A stretch of 63,185 bases of DNA, the filler included. It is 3 parts of 3 records of this genome, joined end to end, with 100 filler letters (N's around TTAATTAATTAA, not from the genome) between each part and the next. Parts side by side here need not be neighbours in the genome. Positions count along the whole stretch, not along the records: positions 1 to 28,158 come from SRR31147125_4569; 2 more parts are not named here. The stretch is one strand, 5' to 3'. The notes beneath the pieces are model-generated. The model was not told the DNA's origin. It ran no database searches and was given only the letters and a program-made list of their open reading frames with translations. The position numbers and the translations under genes are program-made. Of the stretch, positions 1 to 10,363 are shown one piece after another (position 1 is the first letter of the stretch; each line of letters opens with the position of its first letter).

Positions 1-986
1 AAAATGTTCCGCTTGTCATTGCCACAACCGGTCACAGTGACGAGGATCGGGAATATATGATGAAGGCGGCAGAGACGCTGCCGATTTTCCAGGCAGCGAA
101 CATGTCCATCGGCATTAATCTGCTCACGGACCTTCTCCAGAAAACAGCTTCAGTTCTGGGTGATCAGTTCGATATCGAGATAATAGAGAAACATCACAAT
201 CTGAAAAAAGATGCCCCGTCCGGCACTGCCTACCAGCTTGCCGACACGATCAATCAGGCGTTTATGAATACCAAAAATTTTGTTTTTGGCCGCCATACAA
301 CAACTGATCAGCGCGAGACCAAAGATATCGGTATTCACGCTGTTCGGGGCGGGACCATCGTTGGGGAACACGATGTGCTCTTTGCGGGCATTGATGAGGC
401 ATTGGAGCTGAGGCACGTAGCCTACTCAAAACAGATATTCGCCACCGGAGCACTCCGCGCAGCACGGTTCATGTCTGGAAAGGTTCCGGGACTTTATTCC
501 ATGAAAGAGGTGATTGCGAAGGAAAGCACCGTAACCAGCATGTACACGAGCGATGAGGATGCGCTGGTTTCGATGACTGACATCCCTTACGAACCGGTTG
601 AAATAACGAAGATATTCAAGGATCTTGGCGACAAGAAGATCAACCTGGACATGATCAGTCAAACCACGCCGGTCAGCGGGAAGGTCAACATCTCCTTCAC
701 CCTGCCGAGCAAGGATCTTGAACAGGCCCGGGTGATTCTCAAGGGCTACCAGGAACTGTTCCCCCAGCTGAAACTGGACGCTATCCCCGAGACAACGAAA
801 ATAACGGTAACGGGACCTGGAATGGAGGTTCAATCCGGTGTTGCGGCACAGGTTTTCGAGGTGATGACCAGCCGGGGGATTGACTTGAAGGCGATTACCA
901 CGTCGGAAACGAAGATTTCATACGTCATTTCCCAGGACAATCGTCAGACGGCAATCGACGCAATTAAAACGACATTTGGTATTTGA
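1..986 (+). CDS. dapB: 4-hydroxy-tetrahydrodipicolinate reductase with C-terminal aspartokinase-type ACT domains (5' partial)
   Basis: DapB motifs NMSIGIN, EKHHNLKKDAPSGTA, RGGTIVGEH and FATGALRAA, followed by ~150 aa resembling the LysC ACT pair (ITVTGPGMEVQSGVAAQVF...ITTSETKISYVI). The frame is open at the window start. Confidence 0.9.
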   Translation, partial: NVPLVIATTGHSDEDREYMMKAAETLPIFQAANMSIGINLLTDLLQKTASVLGDQFDIEIIEKHHNLKKDAPSGTAYQLADTINQAFMNTKNFVFGRHTTTDQRETKDIGIHAVRGGTIVGEHDVLFAGIDEALELRHVAYSKQIFATGALRAARFMSGKVPGLYSMKEVIAKESTVTSMYTSDEDALVSMTDIPYEPVEITKIFKDLGDKKINLDMISQTTPVSGKVNISFTLPSKDLEQARVILKGYQELFPQLKLDAIPETTKITVTGPGMEVQSGVAAQVFEVMTSRGIDLKAITTSETKISYVISQDNRQTAIDAIKTTFGI

Positions 987-1052
987 ACGTAAATTCCCCT
1001 CAATCTGCGCCGGGAAGCTGTGTTATTGGGGGAGTGCGGCAGTGAGTGACCG

Positions 1053-2501
1053 TCAGCGGGAAGGCTGACGGTCGTCTTCCAGGCTCCCTTCAAATTGAGC
1101 CCGAAAATACCGGGGGTGCATGAGGTTCTCCGCTGCCAGAATTTCATCGAGCCTCTCTACGCTTAAAAGACCTTTTTCCAACACGAGTTCGCGTATGGTT
1201 TTGCCGGACTCAAGAGCTTCTTTTGCGATGCCCGCAGATGTCTCATAGCCGAGGACCGTATTCAGTGCGGTTATGATACTCGTGCTGTTGTAAACAAGCT
1301 CACGGCAGCGCTCTTCATTTGCGGTAATTCCTGCAACACACCGATCCTCCAACACCCGGCACCCTCGCTTGAGCATTTCCAGCATCGTAAACAGATCAAA
1401 CGCGACAACAGGTTCCATCGCATTGAGCTGGAGTTGGCCGGCTTCAGCCGCCATGGTCACGGTTACATCCATCCCGACAACCTGGTACGCAACCTGGTTT
1501 ACCACCTCGGGGATCACCGGGTTCACCTTCCCGGGCATGATGGACGAGCCCGGCTGCATGCGGGGGAGGTTGATCTCATTGAGTCCCCCGCGAGGCCCGG
1601 ATGAAAGCAGGCGGAGATCGTTGCATATTTTGGAAAGTTTGACGGCCAGGCGCCGCAACACGCCGGAGAGCTGGACATACGCCCCGGTGTCCCAGGTCGC
1701 TTCAATCAGATCTGAGCTGGATACCAGTGGCAGACCTGTCAGCGATCTTAAATACGAAACCGTTTCCTCCCGATAACCATCCGGAGTATTCAAGCCGGAG
1801 CCAATGGCCGTAGCGCCGATATTTATTTCGCAGAACAGCTCATTAACGGCTTCCAGACGGCTGGTGTCCTCACTGACAGTCGTGGCAAACGCGCCGAACT
1901 CCTGTCCCAGCGTCATCGGTACGGCGTCCTGAAGCTGCGTCCGGCCAAGTTTGAGAATATCTTTGAACTCGATTGCTTTGTTCCGAAACGATCGAGCCAG
2001 TTCGTGAATCGAATCAACCAGGTCCGGAATAATCAGGAGCAGCGCGATCCGAAGCGAGGTTGGATACACGTCATTGGTGGACTGGGAGCAGTTTACGTGG
2101 TTGTTCGGATGTACGATGTCATAGCGTCCCTTCTCCTGGCCGAGCAGTTCAAGGGCCCTGTTGGCGATGACCTCGTTGGCATTCATATTGGTAGAGGTGC
2201 CTGCGCCGCCCTGGATAACGTCTACGACGAACTGGTCATTCAGGTTCCCGGCTATCATCTCGCCGCAGGCTCCAACGACAGCCTCTCCGACGTTTTTTGG
2301 AAGTACGCCAAGATCCATATTGGCCAGGGCGGCTGCTTTTTTTACATAGCCAAGGGCCCGGACCATGCGCGGTTCCAGCGAGATAGGTATGTCCGTGATT
2401 CGAAAGTTCTCCCGTGCACGCTGGGTCTGTATTCCGAAGTAGGCTTCGGCAGGGATCTTTTTTTCTCCCAGAAAATCTGTTTCAACGCGAAACGAGTTCA
2501 T
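1053..2501 (-). CDS. aspA: aspartate ammonia-lyase
   Basis: Fumarase/aspartase signature GSSIMPGKVNPVIPE, plus GGAGTSTNMNANEV and GRTQLQDAVP. Likely start is MNSFRVETD at 2501. Confidence 0.92.
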   Translation of the reverse strand: MNSFRVETDFLGEKKIPAEAYFGIQTQRARENFRITDIPISLEPRMVRALGYVKKAAALANMDLGVLPKNVGEAVVGACGEMIAGNLNDQFVVDVIQGGAGTSTNMNANEVIANRALELLGQEKGRYDIVHPNNHVNCSQSTNDVYPTSLRIALLLIIPDLVDSIHELARSFRNKAIEFKDILKLGRTQLQDAVPMTLGQEFGAFATTVSEDTSRLEAVNELFCEINIGATAIGSGLNTPDGYREETVSYLRSLTGLPLVSSSDLIEATWDTGAYVQLSGVLRRLAVKLSKICNDLRLLSSGPRGGLNEINLPRMQPGSSIMPGKVNPVIPEVVNQVAYQVVGMDVTVTMAAEAGQLQLNAMEPVVAFDLFTMLEMLKRGCRVLEDRCVAGITANEERCRELVYNSTSIITALNTVLGYETSAGIAKEALESGKTIRELVLEKGLLSVERLDEILAAENLMHPRYFRAQFEGSLEDDRQPSR

Positions 2502-2637
2502 TGTGAGACATCCATGCGAACGAGTTGCTGCCCTACACCCATTGCCTTCAGGCAGATACCCCGTATCCGGTCGAGAGCCGACGCACCTTGACAAACAGGT
2601 CCGCTTCTGTCGTATTCGGATGGTACGGGGAACGGTT

Positions 2638-3342
2638 CTATACGTGCCGTGTTATACCGCCATCGACCCGTATGCTCTGGCCGGTGATGTAGCCCGCATC
2701 ATCTGACACGAGAAAGGCGGCTGTTTTTGCGATTTCCTGAACGGTGCCGTAACGCCCCATCGGAATCCGCGCGCGGTTCTCTTCCTTTACCGGCAGACTG
2801 TCTATGAATCCGGGCAGGATACTGTTCATCCGGATTCCATCCGGGGCGTACTTGTCTGCATACAACTTCGTAAAACTGGATAACCCGGCCCGTATGCAGG
2901 CGGAAACGGAAAATTTTTCCTCCGGTTCGAATGCCGCAAAGGTGGAGATATTGACGATCGCCCCTCCTCCTGCACGTACCATGAGCGGCGTCACCAGACG
3001 ACTCATGCGCACGACGTTGAGCAGCAGCATGTCAAACCCGCGCGCCCAGTCGTCATCGGAAAACTGCAGCAATTCTCCTTTGGGCGGATGGCCGGTATGA
3101 TTGACAACCGCGTCAACCCGGCCATACGTCTTCTTCGTCAGTTCCACCAGTTGACCGACATCGTTGGGATCGGACACAGAGCCGGTTACACCGATGCCGG
3201 AAAGTTCCTGTGCCAGCGTTTCAGCGGTCCCTGAAGGGGACATCAGTGCCAGCTGATACCCGCGCGATTTAAGCTCTCTGGCAATGGCAGCTCCCATTCC
3301 ACGACCTGCGGCGGTAACGATTGCGACTTTTTGTTCACTCAT
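2638..3342 (-). CDS. SDR family oxidoreductase
   Basis: TAAGRGMG Rossmann motif, IVNIST, and the C-terminal YITGQSIRVDGG. The canonical YxxxK is replaced by SACIR. Confidence 0.88.
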   Translation of the reverse strand: MSEQKVAIVTAAGRGMGAAIARELKSRGYQLALMSPSGTAETLAQELSGIGVTGSVSDPNDVGQLVELTKKTYGRVDAVVNHTGHPPKGELLQFSDDDWARGFDMLLLNVVRMSRLVTPLMVRAGGGAIVNISTFAAFEPEEKFSVSACIRAGLSSFTKLYADKYAPDGIRMNSILPGFIDSLPVKEENRARIPMGRYGTVQEIAKTAAFLVSDDAGYITGQSIRVDGGITRHV

Positions 3343-3393
3343 TTTGCATACCTCTTTTTCTTTGTGGATACCCCGGTGAATTCGATAGATAGA

Positions 3394-4116
3394 TCAGCGG
3401 AAGCGCTGTCTCGCTATAACTGCATAGCCATAGTTTATCATGGTGACAACATCGAAAACGGGCCGCCCGGTCACCTCCTGTATATCCTTCGCAAAGGGCG
3501 GCATGTTTGTGCATTCCAGCAGAATAGCACCAACATCAGGATGAAGCGTAACCAGTTTTGTGCCGGCGTCTATCATCTCTTGTCGACATCTCTCCGTATC
3601 CATGGTCGTTTTCCCTTCAATGAAGACAGCGGAAAATTCTTCGGCGTCGTCCATCCCGATAATTGCCAACGGGTAGGATTGAACACCGACCCCGGCAAGG
3701 TGGCTGGCGGTCAGAGACTTCCTGCGGGCGGTGATGACCCCGACTTTCTTGTTTTTACCGATAATCTCCGAGATTAACGGAACCTGCAGGAGGCTTGAAG
3801 AGAAAACGGGGATGGTGACGGCAGCTACCAGTTCCCGGTGAAAGATGGAGAGGAAGCCGCAGCTCGTGGCAATTGCTCGTGCACCGTCTAATTCGAGGGA
3901 TCTCGCAGCATCGATAAATGGGTCTATCAGCGATGGATCGACATTTTTTACCACCCGTGTAGAGGTCGCCCCCTTCACAACCTTGTAACGCACGGGAAAA
4001 GAAAATGTGTCCGGGTTTCCGACATCACCGGGTATCCGGGGAAAGGACGTATCGAGCATGATAATGCCGAATGGTTGTTCCCGGCAGGGAACCGATTCTT
4101 TTTCTGTGGCAGGCAT
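3394..4116 (-). CDS. aspartate/glutamate racemase family protein
   Basis: Two-cysteine racemase motifs TSCGF and LECTNMPP; N-terminal RIPGDVGN. Confidence 0.82.
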   Translation of the reverse strand: MPATEKESVPCREQPFGIIMLDTSFPRIPGDVGNPDTFSFPVRYKVVKGATSTRVVKNVDPSLIDPFIDAARSLELDGARAIATSCGFLSIFHRELVAAVTIPVFSSSLLQVPLISEIIGKNKKVGVITARRKSLTASHLAGVGVQSYPLAIIGMDDAEEFSAVFIEGKTTMDTERCRQEMIDAGTKLVTLHPDVGAILLECTNMPPFAKDIQEVTGRPVFDVVTMINYGYAVIARQRFR

Positions 4117-4126
4117 GGACAGGGCG

Positions 4127-5089
4127 CTATGATTTCAGATCGTGCATAGTCTGCAGCAACCTGGCTCGAAAGTCCGCATCATCCAGGCTGCAGATCGGCA
4201 GTCGAAAGGATTCCTCGCAGAATTTCAGCTGTGACAATATGGTTTTTACCGGCACCGGGTCGGGCTGGTGCTGAAGCATCGAAATCAGGTCCGAAAGCTC
4301 TGCGGCAAGAGTATCGGCTTTACGAAAATCTTTTTCGCGAGCGAGTTGGATCACGTGCCTCATCTTGTCGGGTACAATATTTGCGGCAATGGAGACGATC
4401 CCATTGCCGCCGAGTCGAATGAGATCGACAGCCTGGTGGTCGAATCCGCTGTACACCATAAATGACGGGTCGGTGTTTTCCCGGATTTCCTTGGCCTGGT
4501 GGAGATTTCCTGCGACTTCACAAAACCCGGAGATATTCGGGCACTCTTTTGCCAGTTGTACAACCGTTGCGGTCTCTATGTTGACATGAGTCTGTGATCT
4601 CAGGTTGTACAGGATGCAGGGGATCTCGAGCTTCTCCGCAATCGTTTTGAAGTGAAGAAATAAGCCCCGTTGAGACGGCATATTCAGATAGGGGGTTACC
4701 AGCAGGACGGCGTCGGCTCCGATTTTCTGCGCATGCAGAGAAAGACGGATGGCCTCACGCGTACTGTTGCTGCCGGTGGAGGCAACGACCCTGACCCGGT
4801 TGTTGACGGACCTCACGGTCCACTCAACCACCCACTCATGTTCCACGTGCGACAGGGTGGCATTTTCCCCGGTGACCGTGCAGGGAACCACCGCATCCAC
4901 CCGGTTTTTGATCTGGAACTCGATGATGCTCCGCAACGCATCTTTATCGACGCTTTCGTCTGTCTTGAATGGAGTGACAATCGCCGTCAGCAAACCATCT
5001 AGCTTCAAAGCACTCGCCCCTGCTGTTTTTTTTGTTAATCGGTGCCGGGCGGGTCGCTTGGTTTCCGTTCCGGCTATGGTTTCAACCAT
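4127..5089 (-). CDS. DapA/NAL-family paralog with degenerate active site (Lys->Cys)
   Basis: Aligns along its length with the neighbouring DapA, but GTTGE->TVTGE, PYY->PYL, GRT->SQT and ALKD->GFCE. Confidence 0.85.
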   Translation of the reverse strand: MVETIAGTETKRPARHRLTKKTAGASALKLDGLLTAIVTPFKTDESVDKDALRSIIEFQIKNRVDAVVPCTVTGENATLSHVEHEWVVEWTVRSVNNRVRVVASTGSNSTREAIRLSLHAQKIGADAVLLVTPYLNMPSQRGLFLHFKTIAEKLEIPCILYNLRSQTHVNIETATVVQLAKECPNISGFCEVAGNLHQAKEIRENTDPSFMVYSGFDHQAVDLIRLGGNGIVSIAANIVPDKMRHVIQLAREKDFRKADTLAAELSDLISMLQHQPDPVPVKTILSQLKFCEESFRLPICSLDDADFRARLLQTMHDLKS

Positions 5090-6497
5090 GATAAAAGCAG
5101 ACCACTTTCGGCTCGGTCATCTCCTGCAGTGAAAACTTGATCCCTTCCCGTCCGAGACCAGAGTTTTTTACACCGCCGAACGGCATTGAGTCGAGACGAT
5201 AGTCGGTTGATTCATTGATCATGACTCCACCGCACTCGATCTCATAGGCCGCTTTGAATGCGAGGTTGACATCCCGTGTAAAAACGGCGGCATGCAGTCC
5301 ATACTCAAGTCGGTTCGCCTCCTCGACAGCCTTGTCGAAATCGTCAACGGGGAACAGGTTGACCACCGGCCCGAAAACTTCTTCGTAATATATACGCGAG
5401 GTCTTCGCTACATTTTCGAGTACGGTCGGTTGCATGAGCGCATTTTCTCTGGACCCTCCGCACAACACCTTCGCACCCTCATTGACCGCATCCTTGACCC
5501 AGTTTTCGACACGCAGTGCCTCGGTTTCGGTGATCATCGGCCCCATGTCGGTCTTTTCATCCGCCTTACTGCCGGTTTTCAGTGCCTGAGTGCGCAGAAC
5601 GAACATGTCCCTGAACGTGTTGTACAGCTCCCGGTGGATAAAGATCCGCTGAACTCCTATACAGTTCTGTCCGGCCGCCCAGAAGGCGCCGGACACACAG
5701 GATTCAACAGCCCAGTCGAGATCACAATCCTTCCAGACGATTACCGGCGAGTTCGACCCAAGCTCCATTCCCAGTTTTTTGATTCCCGCCATTGATACGA
5801 TTTTTTTCCCTGCCGCGATCCCTCCGGTAAACGAAATCATCCGAACACGGTCGTCCTGGATGAGCGGCTCGCCGATTTCGCCGCCATGGCCCGTAATGAT
5901 CTGCAGGACTTCAGGCGGCAACCCATTCTCCAGCAGGATCTCGGCCAGTTTTATCGCCGACAGGGGTGTTACCGTTGCTGGCTTCAATATAACGCTGTTG
6001 CCCCCGGCAATCGCAGGGCCCAACTTGTGCGCAACGAGGTTCAACGGATCGTTGAATGGGGTTATCGCCAGGATGACCCCGATCGGATAGCGATAATAAT
6101 ATCCTTTACGCTGTTCGCCTCCCGGAAAGGAATCGAACGAAATTGTCTCACCATGAATTCTCTTGGACTCCTCCCCTGAGACCCGGAGGGTGTTGACACA
6201 GCGGCCGACCTCTTTACGCGCTTCACGAATAGTTTTCGAACTCTCTCTGGCGAGTAGACCGGCAAATTCCTCGGACCTGCTGGCTAGGCAATCGGCAGCT
6301 CTGTACAAGATCTGGGAACGTTCGTGGATCGACAACTTCCTGGCTATGGAACTGCCCTTTTCAGCTGCGGCCAGTACCCGCTCAACATCAGTACGGTCGG
6401 CCTTGGGGATGGTGTCGATCAGAGAGTGATCATACGGATCATGTACGGGAATCTGCTCTTCCTTGTCGATCCATTCTGAGTCGATCAATATTCTCAT
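5082..6497 (-). CDS. aldehyde dehydrogenase family protein
   Basis: ITPFNDP, SFTGG, MELGSNSP, catalytic AGQNC, EEVFGPV and MPFGGVKNSGLGREG. Confidence 0.92.
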   Translation of the reverse strand: MRILIDSEWIDKEEQIPVHDPYDHSLIDTIPKADRTDVERVLAAAEKGSSIARKLSIHERSQILYRAADCLASRSEEFAGLLARESSKTIREARKEVGRCVNTLRVSGEESKRIHGETISFDSFPGGEQRKGYYYRYPIGVILAITPFNDPLNLVAHKLGPAIAGGNSVILKPATVTPLSAIKLAEILLENGLPPEVLQIITGHGGEIGEPLIQDDRVRMISFTGGIAAGKKIVSMAGIKKLGMELGSNSPVIVWKDCDLDWAVESCVSGAFWAAGQNCIGVQRIFIHRELYNTFRDMFVLRTQALKTGSKADEKTDMGPMITETEALRVENWVKDAVNEGAKVLCGGSRENALMQPTVLENVAKTSRIYYEEVFGPVVNLFPVDDFDKAVEEANRLEYGLHAAVFTRDVNLAFKAAYEIECGGVMINESTDYRLDSMPFGGVKNSGLGREGIKFSLQEMTEPKVVCFYHG

Positions 6498-7363
6498 ACT
6501 TCAGATTCCCTCATAACGTGGACCAGTACATCCCTGTTGGTTTCGGTCATCGCGGTGAGCGGGAGCCGTATCTCGGCACTCTTGATGAGTCCTTTTTCCA
6601 TCAAAGCCGTTTTAACGGGGATAGGGTTCGGTTCGACGAACATGGTTTCGATCAGGGGTGAGAGATGTGCGTGGATCGCTTCTGCCCCGGTGATGTCACC
6701 CGAGTCCATGCAACGGCACAACGCGACCATTTTTGCGGGCATCAGATTACTGATAACGCTGACCACGCCGCTACCGCCGAGGCGCATCATTGGTAACGTC
6801 AACGCATCATCACCCGAGAGCAGGGAAATGTCACTGCTACACAATTGGAGGGTGGCAAAGGTCTGGGACAGGTCTCCGCAGGCATCCTTGAGCGCTACTA
6901 TTGCCGGAAGTTTTGACAGTCGCTCCATGGTGTGCGGGGTTATATTGATTCCGGTACGCCCCGGCACGTTGTAGACCATTACCGGCACGCCCACATCGGC
7001 AATCGCTTTGTAGTGCTGATACAACCCTTCCTGGGTTGGTTTGTTGTAGTAGGGGGCCACCTGGAGGGTGGCATCCACACCCAGCTTTCTGACCTCTTTG
7101 CTCAACGCGATCGCCTTGGCTGTCGAATTGGCGCCGGCCCCAGCGATGACCGGAACACGTTTTCGGGCCGTTTCAACGGTGATCTTGACAGTTTTTACAT
7201 ATTCCTCATGACTGAGCGTGGGTGATTCCCCTGTGGTACCGCAGGGAACGAGGCCGCCAATTCCGTTTTCAATTTGAAACTCGATAAAACTCCGCAAACT
7301 TTCTTCATCCAGTTCACCGTTGCGAAAAGGAGTTACAATCGCGGTGAAGACGCCTGTGAACAT
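6494..7363 (-). CDS. dapA: 4-hydroxy-tetrahydrodipicolinate synthase (DapA family, catalytic residues intact)
   Basis: GTTGESPTL, PYYNKP, YNVPGRT, Schiff-base ALKDA and SGDD. Confidence 0.85.
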   Translation of the reverse strand: MFTGVFTAIVTPFRNGELDEESLRSFIEFQIENGIGGLVPCGTTGESPTLSHEEYVKTVKITVETARKRVPVIAGAGANSTAKAIALSKEVRKLGVDATLQVAPYYNKPTQEGLYQHYKAIADVGVPVMVYNVPGRTGINITPHTMERLSKLPAIVALKDACGDLSQTFATLQLCSSDISLLSGDDALTLPMMRLGGSGVVSVISNLMPAKMVALCRCMDSGDITGAEAIHAHLSPLIETMFVEPNPIPVKTALMEKGLIKSAEIRLPLTAMTETNRDVLVHVMRESEV

Positions 7364-7431
7364 GTTCTTTTCCTCTTCATGTTGATAGATTTGTTGGATC
7401 GTGAATACGCGTATCTTCCGTGTAAAAGCCG

Positions 7432-8850
7432 CTAAACGTGATCTGTGTACTCCGCTTCTGCCAGCGCCGAGAGCGGAACCGGCTTAATCGGGTTGCGAAC
7501 CGTATAGGGGGATAATTTCCCGGGATTCAGCTGCTCATGGGCTGCAACGATTTGCTGGATAATGGGCCCACAGGAGCGGCCCTGGCACGTACCCATTCCG
7601 CTGTTGGTTGCTTTTTTCAATGCATCCAGGCTCGTCAACCCATGGCGGATCTGGGTCCGGATCTGGCCCAGATTGATGTCTTCACATCTGCAGATCATGG
7701 TTTCATCGGGCAGATCGAGGATCATTCCCGGCGGGGGATGACTCAAAGCATTGAGCACTGAACCGAAAGCGATCTCCCGTTGTCTGCGCTCATGCAGACG
7801 ACCAATGTCCTGCCGCTTACCGGCCCCTTGTTCGAGTGCGCCAAGCCTATCAGCTACCGCGAGACCGGCAAGACATCCCTCGACAATCGATTTTTCCGCG
7901 CCGGCGATACCTGTCAGTTCACCGGCCGCGAATATCGACGGGAGAGAACTTTGCAGATTCTCATCAACCTTTACGATCCAGCCACCTTTTACGCTGTCGT
8001 GTTCAATTTCGCATCCGGCCAGCATCGCCAATTCAAGGTTGGGTACGAATCCGTACCCGACGGCAAGACAGTCACCAGTGAACGTCTTTTCGCTGCCCGC
8101 GATTGCGTGTCCGTCAGGGTCCATTGCAGCGACGATAACTTCGTCCAGAACTCTCTCCCCGCGGGCCTCCAGAACCTTATGCCCGTGTAAAATGGGAGAT
8201 CGCGACGCAAGCAGGCGGGTCATGCAGCGCATTCCGAGGGCGACCTTGCATATGTGGTGTCGACAGTGCCTCAACGTTCGCAGTTGTTGCGACCAGGATG
8301 ATTGATTCCAGTAGGCACGCACCCGGGCTCCAGCAGCGGAAATCTCACCGGCCAGAGCAAGGGGAAGCGGGCCGGCACCGCCCACCAGAGTGGCTTGACC
8401 GGGAAGCATGCCGGCTGATTTGATGAGAATCTGCGCAGCACCGGTCGATATGACACCGGGCAGCGTCCAACCGGGAAACGGTATGAAGCATTCGCGTGCT
8501 CCGGTTGCCAGGATTATATGTTCGGCACGGTGTTGTTCGATACGACCATCTTCGCGGAGGGCCCAGATGGCTCTTCCACCTTCCAGCCCGACAATCTGAC
8601 TCCCCTGTCTGTGGGACACACCGGGAATATCCAGCTCTTGTGCCTGGCGATACCCATCCCGCTTCATCCGATCATGGACGGTGCGGGAATCCATCCCAAG
8701 GGTCGGGGAGACTGTGCGGATATATTGGCCACCCGGACTGCGGTTTTCATCGAGAATCAGGATATCCAGACCGCGTCCTTTTAATACATGCAGTGCATTG
8801 AGTCCGGCCAGGCCAAGGCCCGCAATGATGACATCGTGTTTAGATGCCAT
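7432..8850 (-). CDS. FAD/NAD-dependent oxidoreductase with C-terminal BFD-like [2Fe-2S] (OoxA/HcnB-like large subunit)
   Basis: GLGLAG, ATGARE..PFPGWTLPGV, ICRCED and GMGTCQGRSC. Confidence 0.85.
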   Translation of the reverse strand: MASKHDVIIAGLGLAGLNALHVLKGRGLDILILDENRSPGGQYIRTVSPTLGMDSRTVHDRMKRDGYRQAQELDIPGVSHRQGSQIVGLEGGRAIWALREDGRIEQHRAEHIILATGARECFIPFPGWTLPGVISTGAAQILIKSAGMLPGQATLVGGAGPLPLALAGEISAAGARVRAYWNQSSWSQQLRTLRHCRHHICKVALGMRCMTRLLASRSPILHGHKVLEARGERVLDEVIVAAMDPDGHAIAGSEKTFTGDCLAVGYGFVPNLELAMLAGCEIEHDSVKGGWIVKVDENLQSSLPSIFAAGELTGIAGAEKSIVEGCLAGLAVADRLGALEQGAGKRQDIGRLHERRQREIAFGSVLNALSHPPPGMILDLPDETMICRCEDINLGQIRTQIRHGLTSLDALKKATNSGMGTCQGRSCGPIIQQIVAAHEQLNPGKLSPYTVRNPIKPVPLSALAEAEYTDHV

Positions 8851-9130
8851 CGATCTCAACCCTCATGCCTTCATATGCTTCCATTACGCATGCGCGCTGC
8901 TGGAGCTCATTATCGACGGTGACCAGGCACTCGTAACAGACGCCCATACCGCAGAAGAAACCACGCAGCTCAGCTCCGGACTCACTGGTGCGGAGCTCTC
9001 GGTATCCCGCGGCAAGCAGTACGGCATGCAGCGGTTCCCCTTCGTATGCGGCAACCGGGCGGTCGTTGACCCATACCGTGACAGGGGTTTTGCGCTCGAT
9101 GGATGGGAGGCGTAAATCCGGTAGTTTCAT
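8840..9130 (-). CDS. [2Fe-2S] small subunit (HcnA-like)
   Basis: FCGMGVCYEC...RAC motif. Likely start is MKLPDLR. Confidence 0.85.
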   Translation of the reverse strand: MKLPDLRLPSIERKTPVTVWVNDRPVAAYEGEPLHAVLLAAGYRELRTSESGAELRGFFCGMGVCYECLVTVDNELQQRACVMEAYEGMRVEIDGI

Positions 9131-9140
9131 ATGGTGTTTC

Positions 9141-10295
9141 CTATGGTTGCTGGTCTGCAAATCGAGAGAGACTGAAGGGCTCAACGGAAACAATCGGGTC
9201 TTCATCCACGATCAGCTGGGCGATGAGTTCTCCGGTGATCGGAGAGAGGGCGATACCGTCACCCTCGTGGCCGGCAGCCATGACAAAACCTTCAAGTGCC
9301 TCAACGGTTCCGAGGATGGGCAACCCGTCAGGGGTATACGGCCTGAGACCGGCAAAAGAGCGGATAACATCTAATGTGCCGAGCCGGGGGATAATCTGGC
9401 GGGCTCGATCGGCGATCTGTGCCAACCCGGCAAACGTCGTCTGTCGGTTGTAGCCTACGAATTCCCGTGTCGATCCAATCAGTATATTTCCCTTGGCGGT
9501 CTGATCGATGGATACGCCGTGTCCGGACAGGCGGGCAATTTCAGGGTTGAATTTCGCTGCAATATACCCAGCCGAAAGCATACAGCAGCGTGCAATAGGC
9601 TCAACGGCCCGGGTTACGAGTATCTGTCCCCGGCGCGGCTTAATGGGGATTTCAAGACCCACCATCCGGCCAATGTCTGGAGCTCGTGCACCAGCTGCGT
9701 TGACAACTGTAGTGCATGAATAGCGGCCGCGGGAAGTGGATACCCCGCAGACTCTTCCGTTGTCGACTTCGATACGCTCGACGGTCTCGCCCACCTTCAC
9801 CTGCGCACCCAGATTTTTGGCCCCCTGGATGAAAGCGAGATTGAGGCGGATCGGGTTTATCTTGCCATCGTCCGAGGAGAATGTGGCACCGACAATGTCT
9901 TGCGAGAGATCAGGAACCAGTTCACGGGCGTCATCGACATCCAGAAAAGAAACATCAACGCCATGTTTTCTTTGTTGGGAAACGAAGGACCGCATGGGTT
10001 CCGATTCGGCTTCATGTTCGATCACGATCATACTCCCGTGTCTCTCGAACTCTATCGGGACAGGGAGGTGTTCATTCAGTTCGGCAAACCGCTTGATACT
10101 GGCCATCGCCATGTGGAGATGCAAGCCGTGTTTCTTGGATTGCAATAAAACCGCGCCATCACAGCCGCCGGAGCTACCCGCTGCCGGGACTTCTTTTTCA
10201 AAAAGAAGAACGGAGATATGCCTGGAGGCAAGGTGATAGGCGATGGAAGATCCGATAACACCTCCTCCTATGATAACGACATCTGCACTTTTCAA
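9141..10295 (-). CDS. FAD-dependent D-amino-acid/opine oxidase-type subunit (OoxB/HcnC-like)
   Basis: IIGGGVIG, VVNAAG, GLRPYTPDGLP and GHEGDGI. Start is uncertain (TTG at 10295; the ORF extends to 10334). Confidence 0.85.
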   Translation of the reverse strand: MKSADVVIIGGGVIGSSIAYHLASRHISVLLFEKEVPAAGSSGGCDGAVLLQSKKHGLHLHMAMASIKRFAELNEHLPVPIEFERHGSMIVIEHEAESEPMRSFVSQQRKHGVDVSFLDVDDARELVPDLSQDIVGATFSSDDGKINPIRLNLAFIQGAKNLGAQVKVGETVERIEVDNGRVCGVSTSRGRYSCTTVVNAAGARAPDIGRMVGLEIPIKPRRGQILVTRAVEPIARCCMLSAGYIAAKFNPEIARLSGHGVSIDQTAKGNILIGSTREFVGYNRQTTFAGLAQIADRARQIIPRLGTLDVIRSFAGLRPYTPDGLPILGTVEALEGFVMAAGHEGDGIALSPITGELIAQLIVDEDPIVSVEPFSLSRFADQQP

Positions 10296-10363
10296 AATGG
10301 TCCTAGACGCTCGCGGTAAAAGCGTTCCCGGCAATTTTTGAAGATCTTTTCAGACCGTACGGT

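Noticed and set aside
7432-10334. hcnABC hydrogen cyanide synthase call
   Set aside because: The same three-subunit architecture is shared with opine and D-hydroxyproline dehydrogenases, and the transporter/ALDH context points to catabolism.
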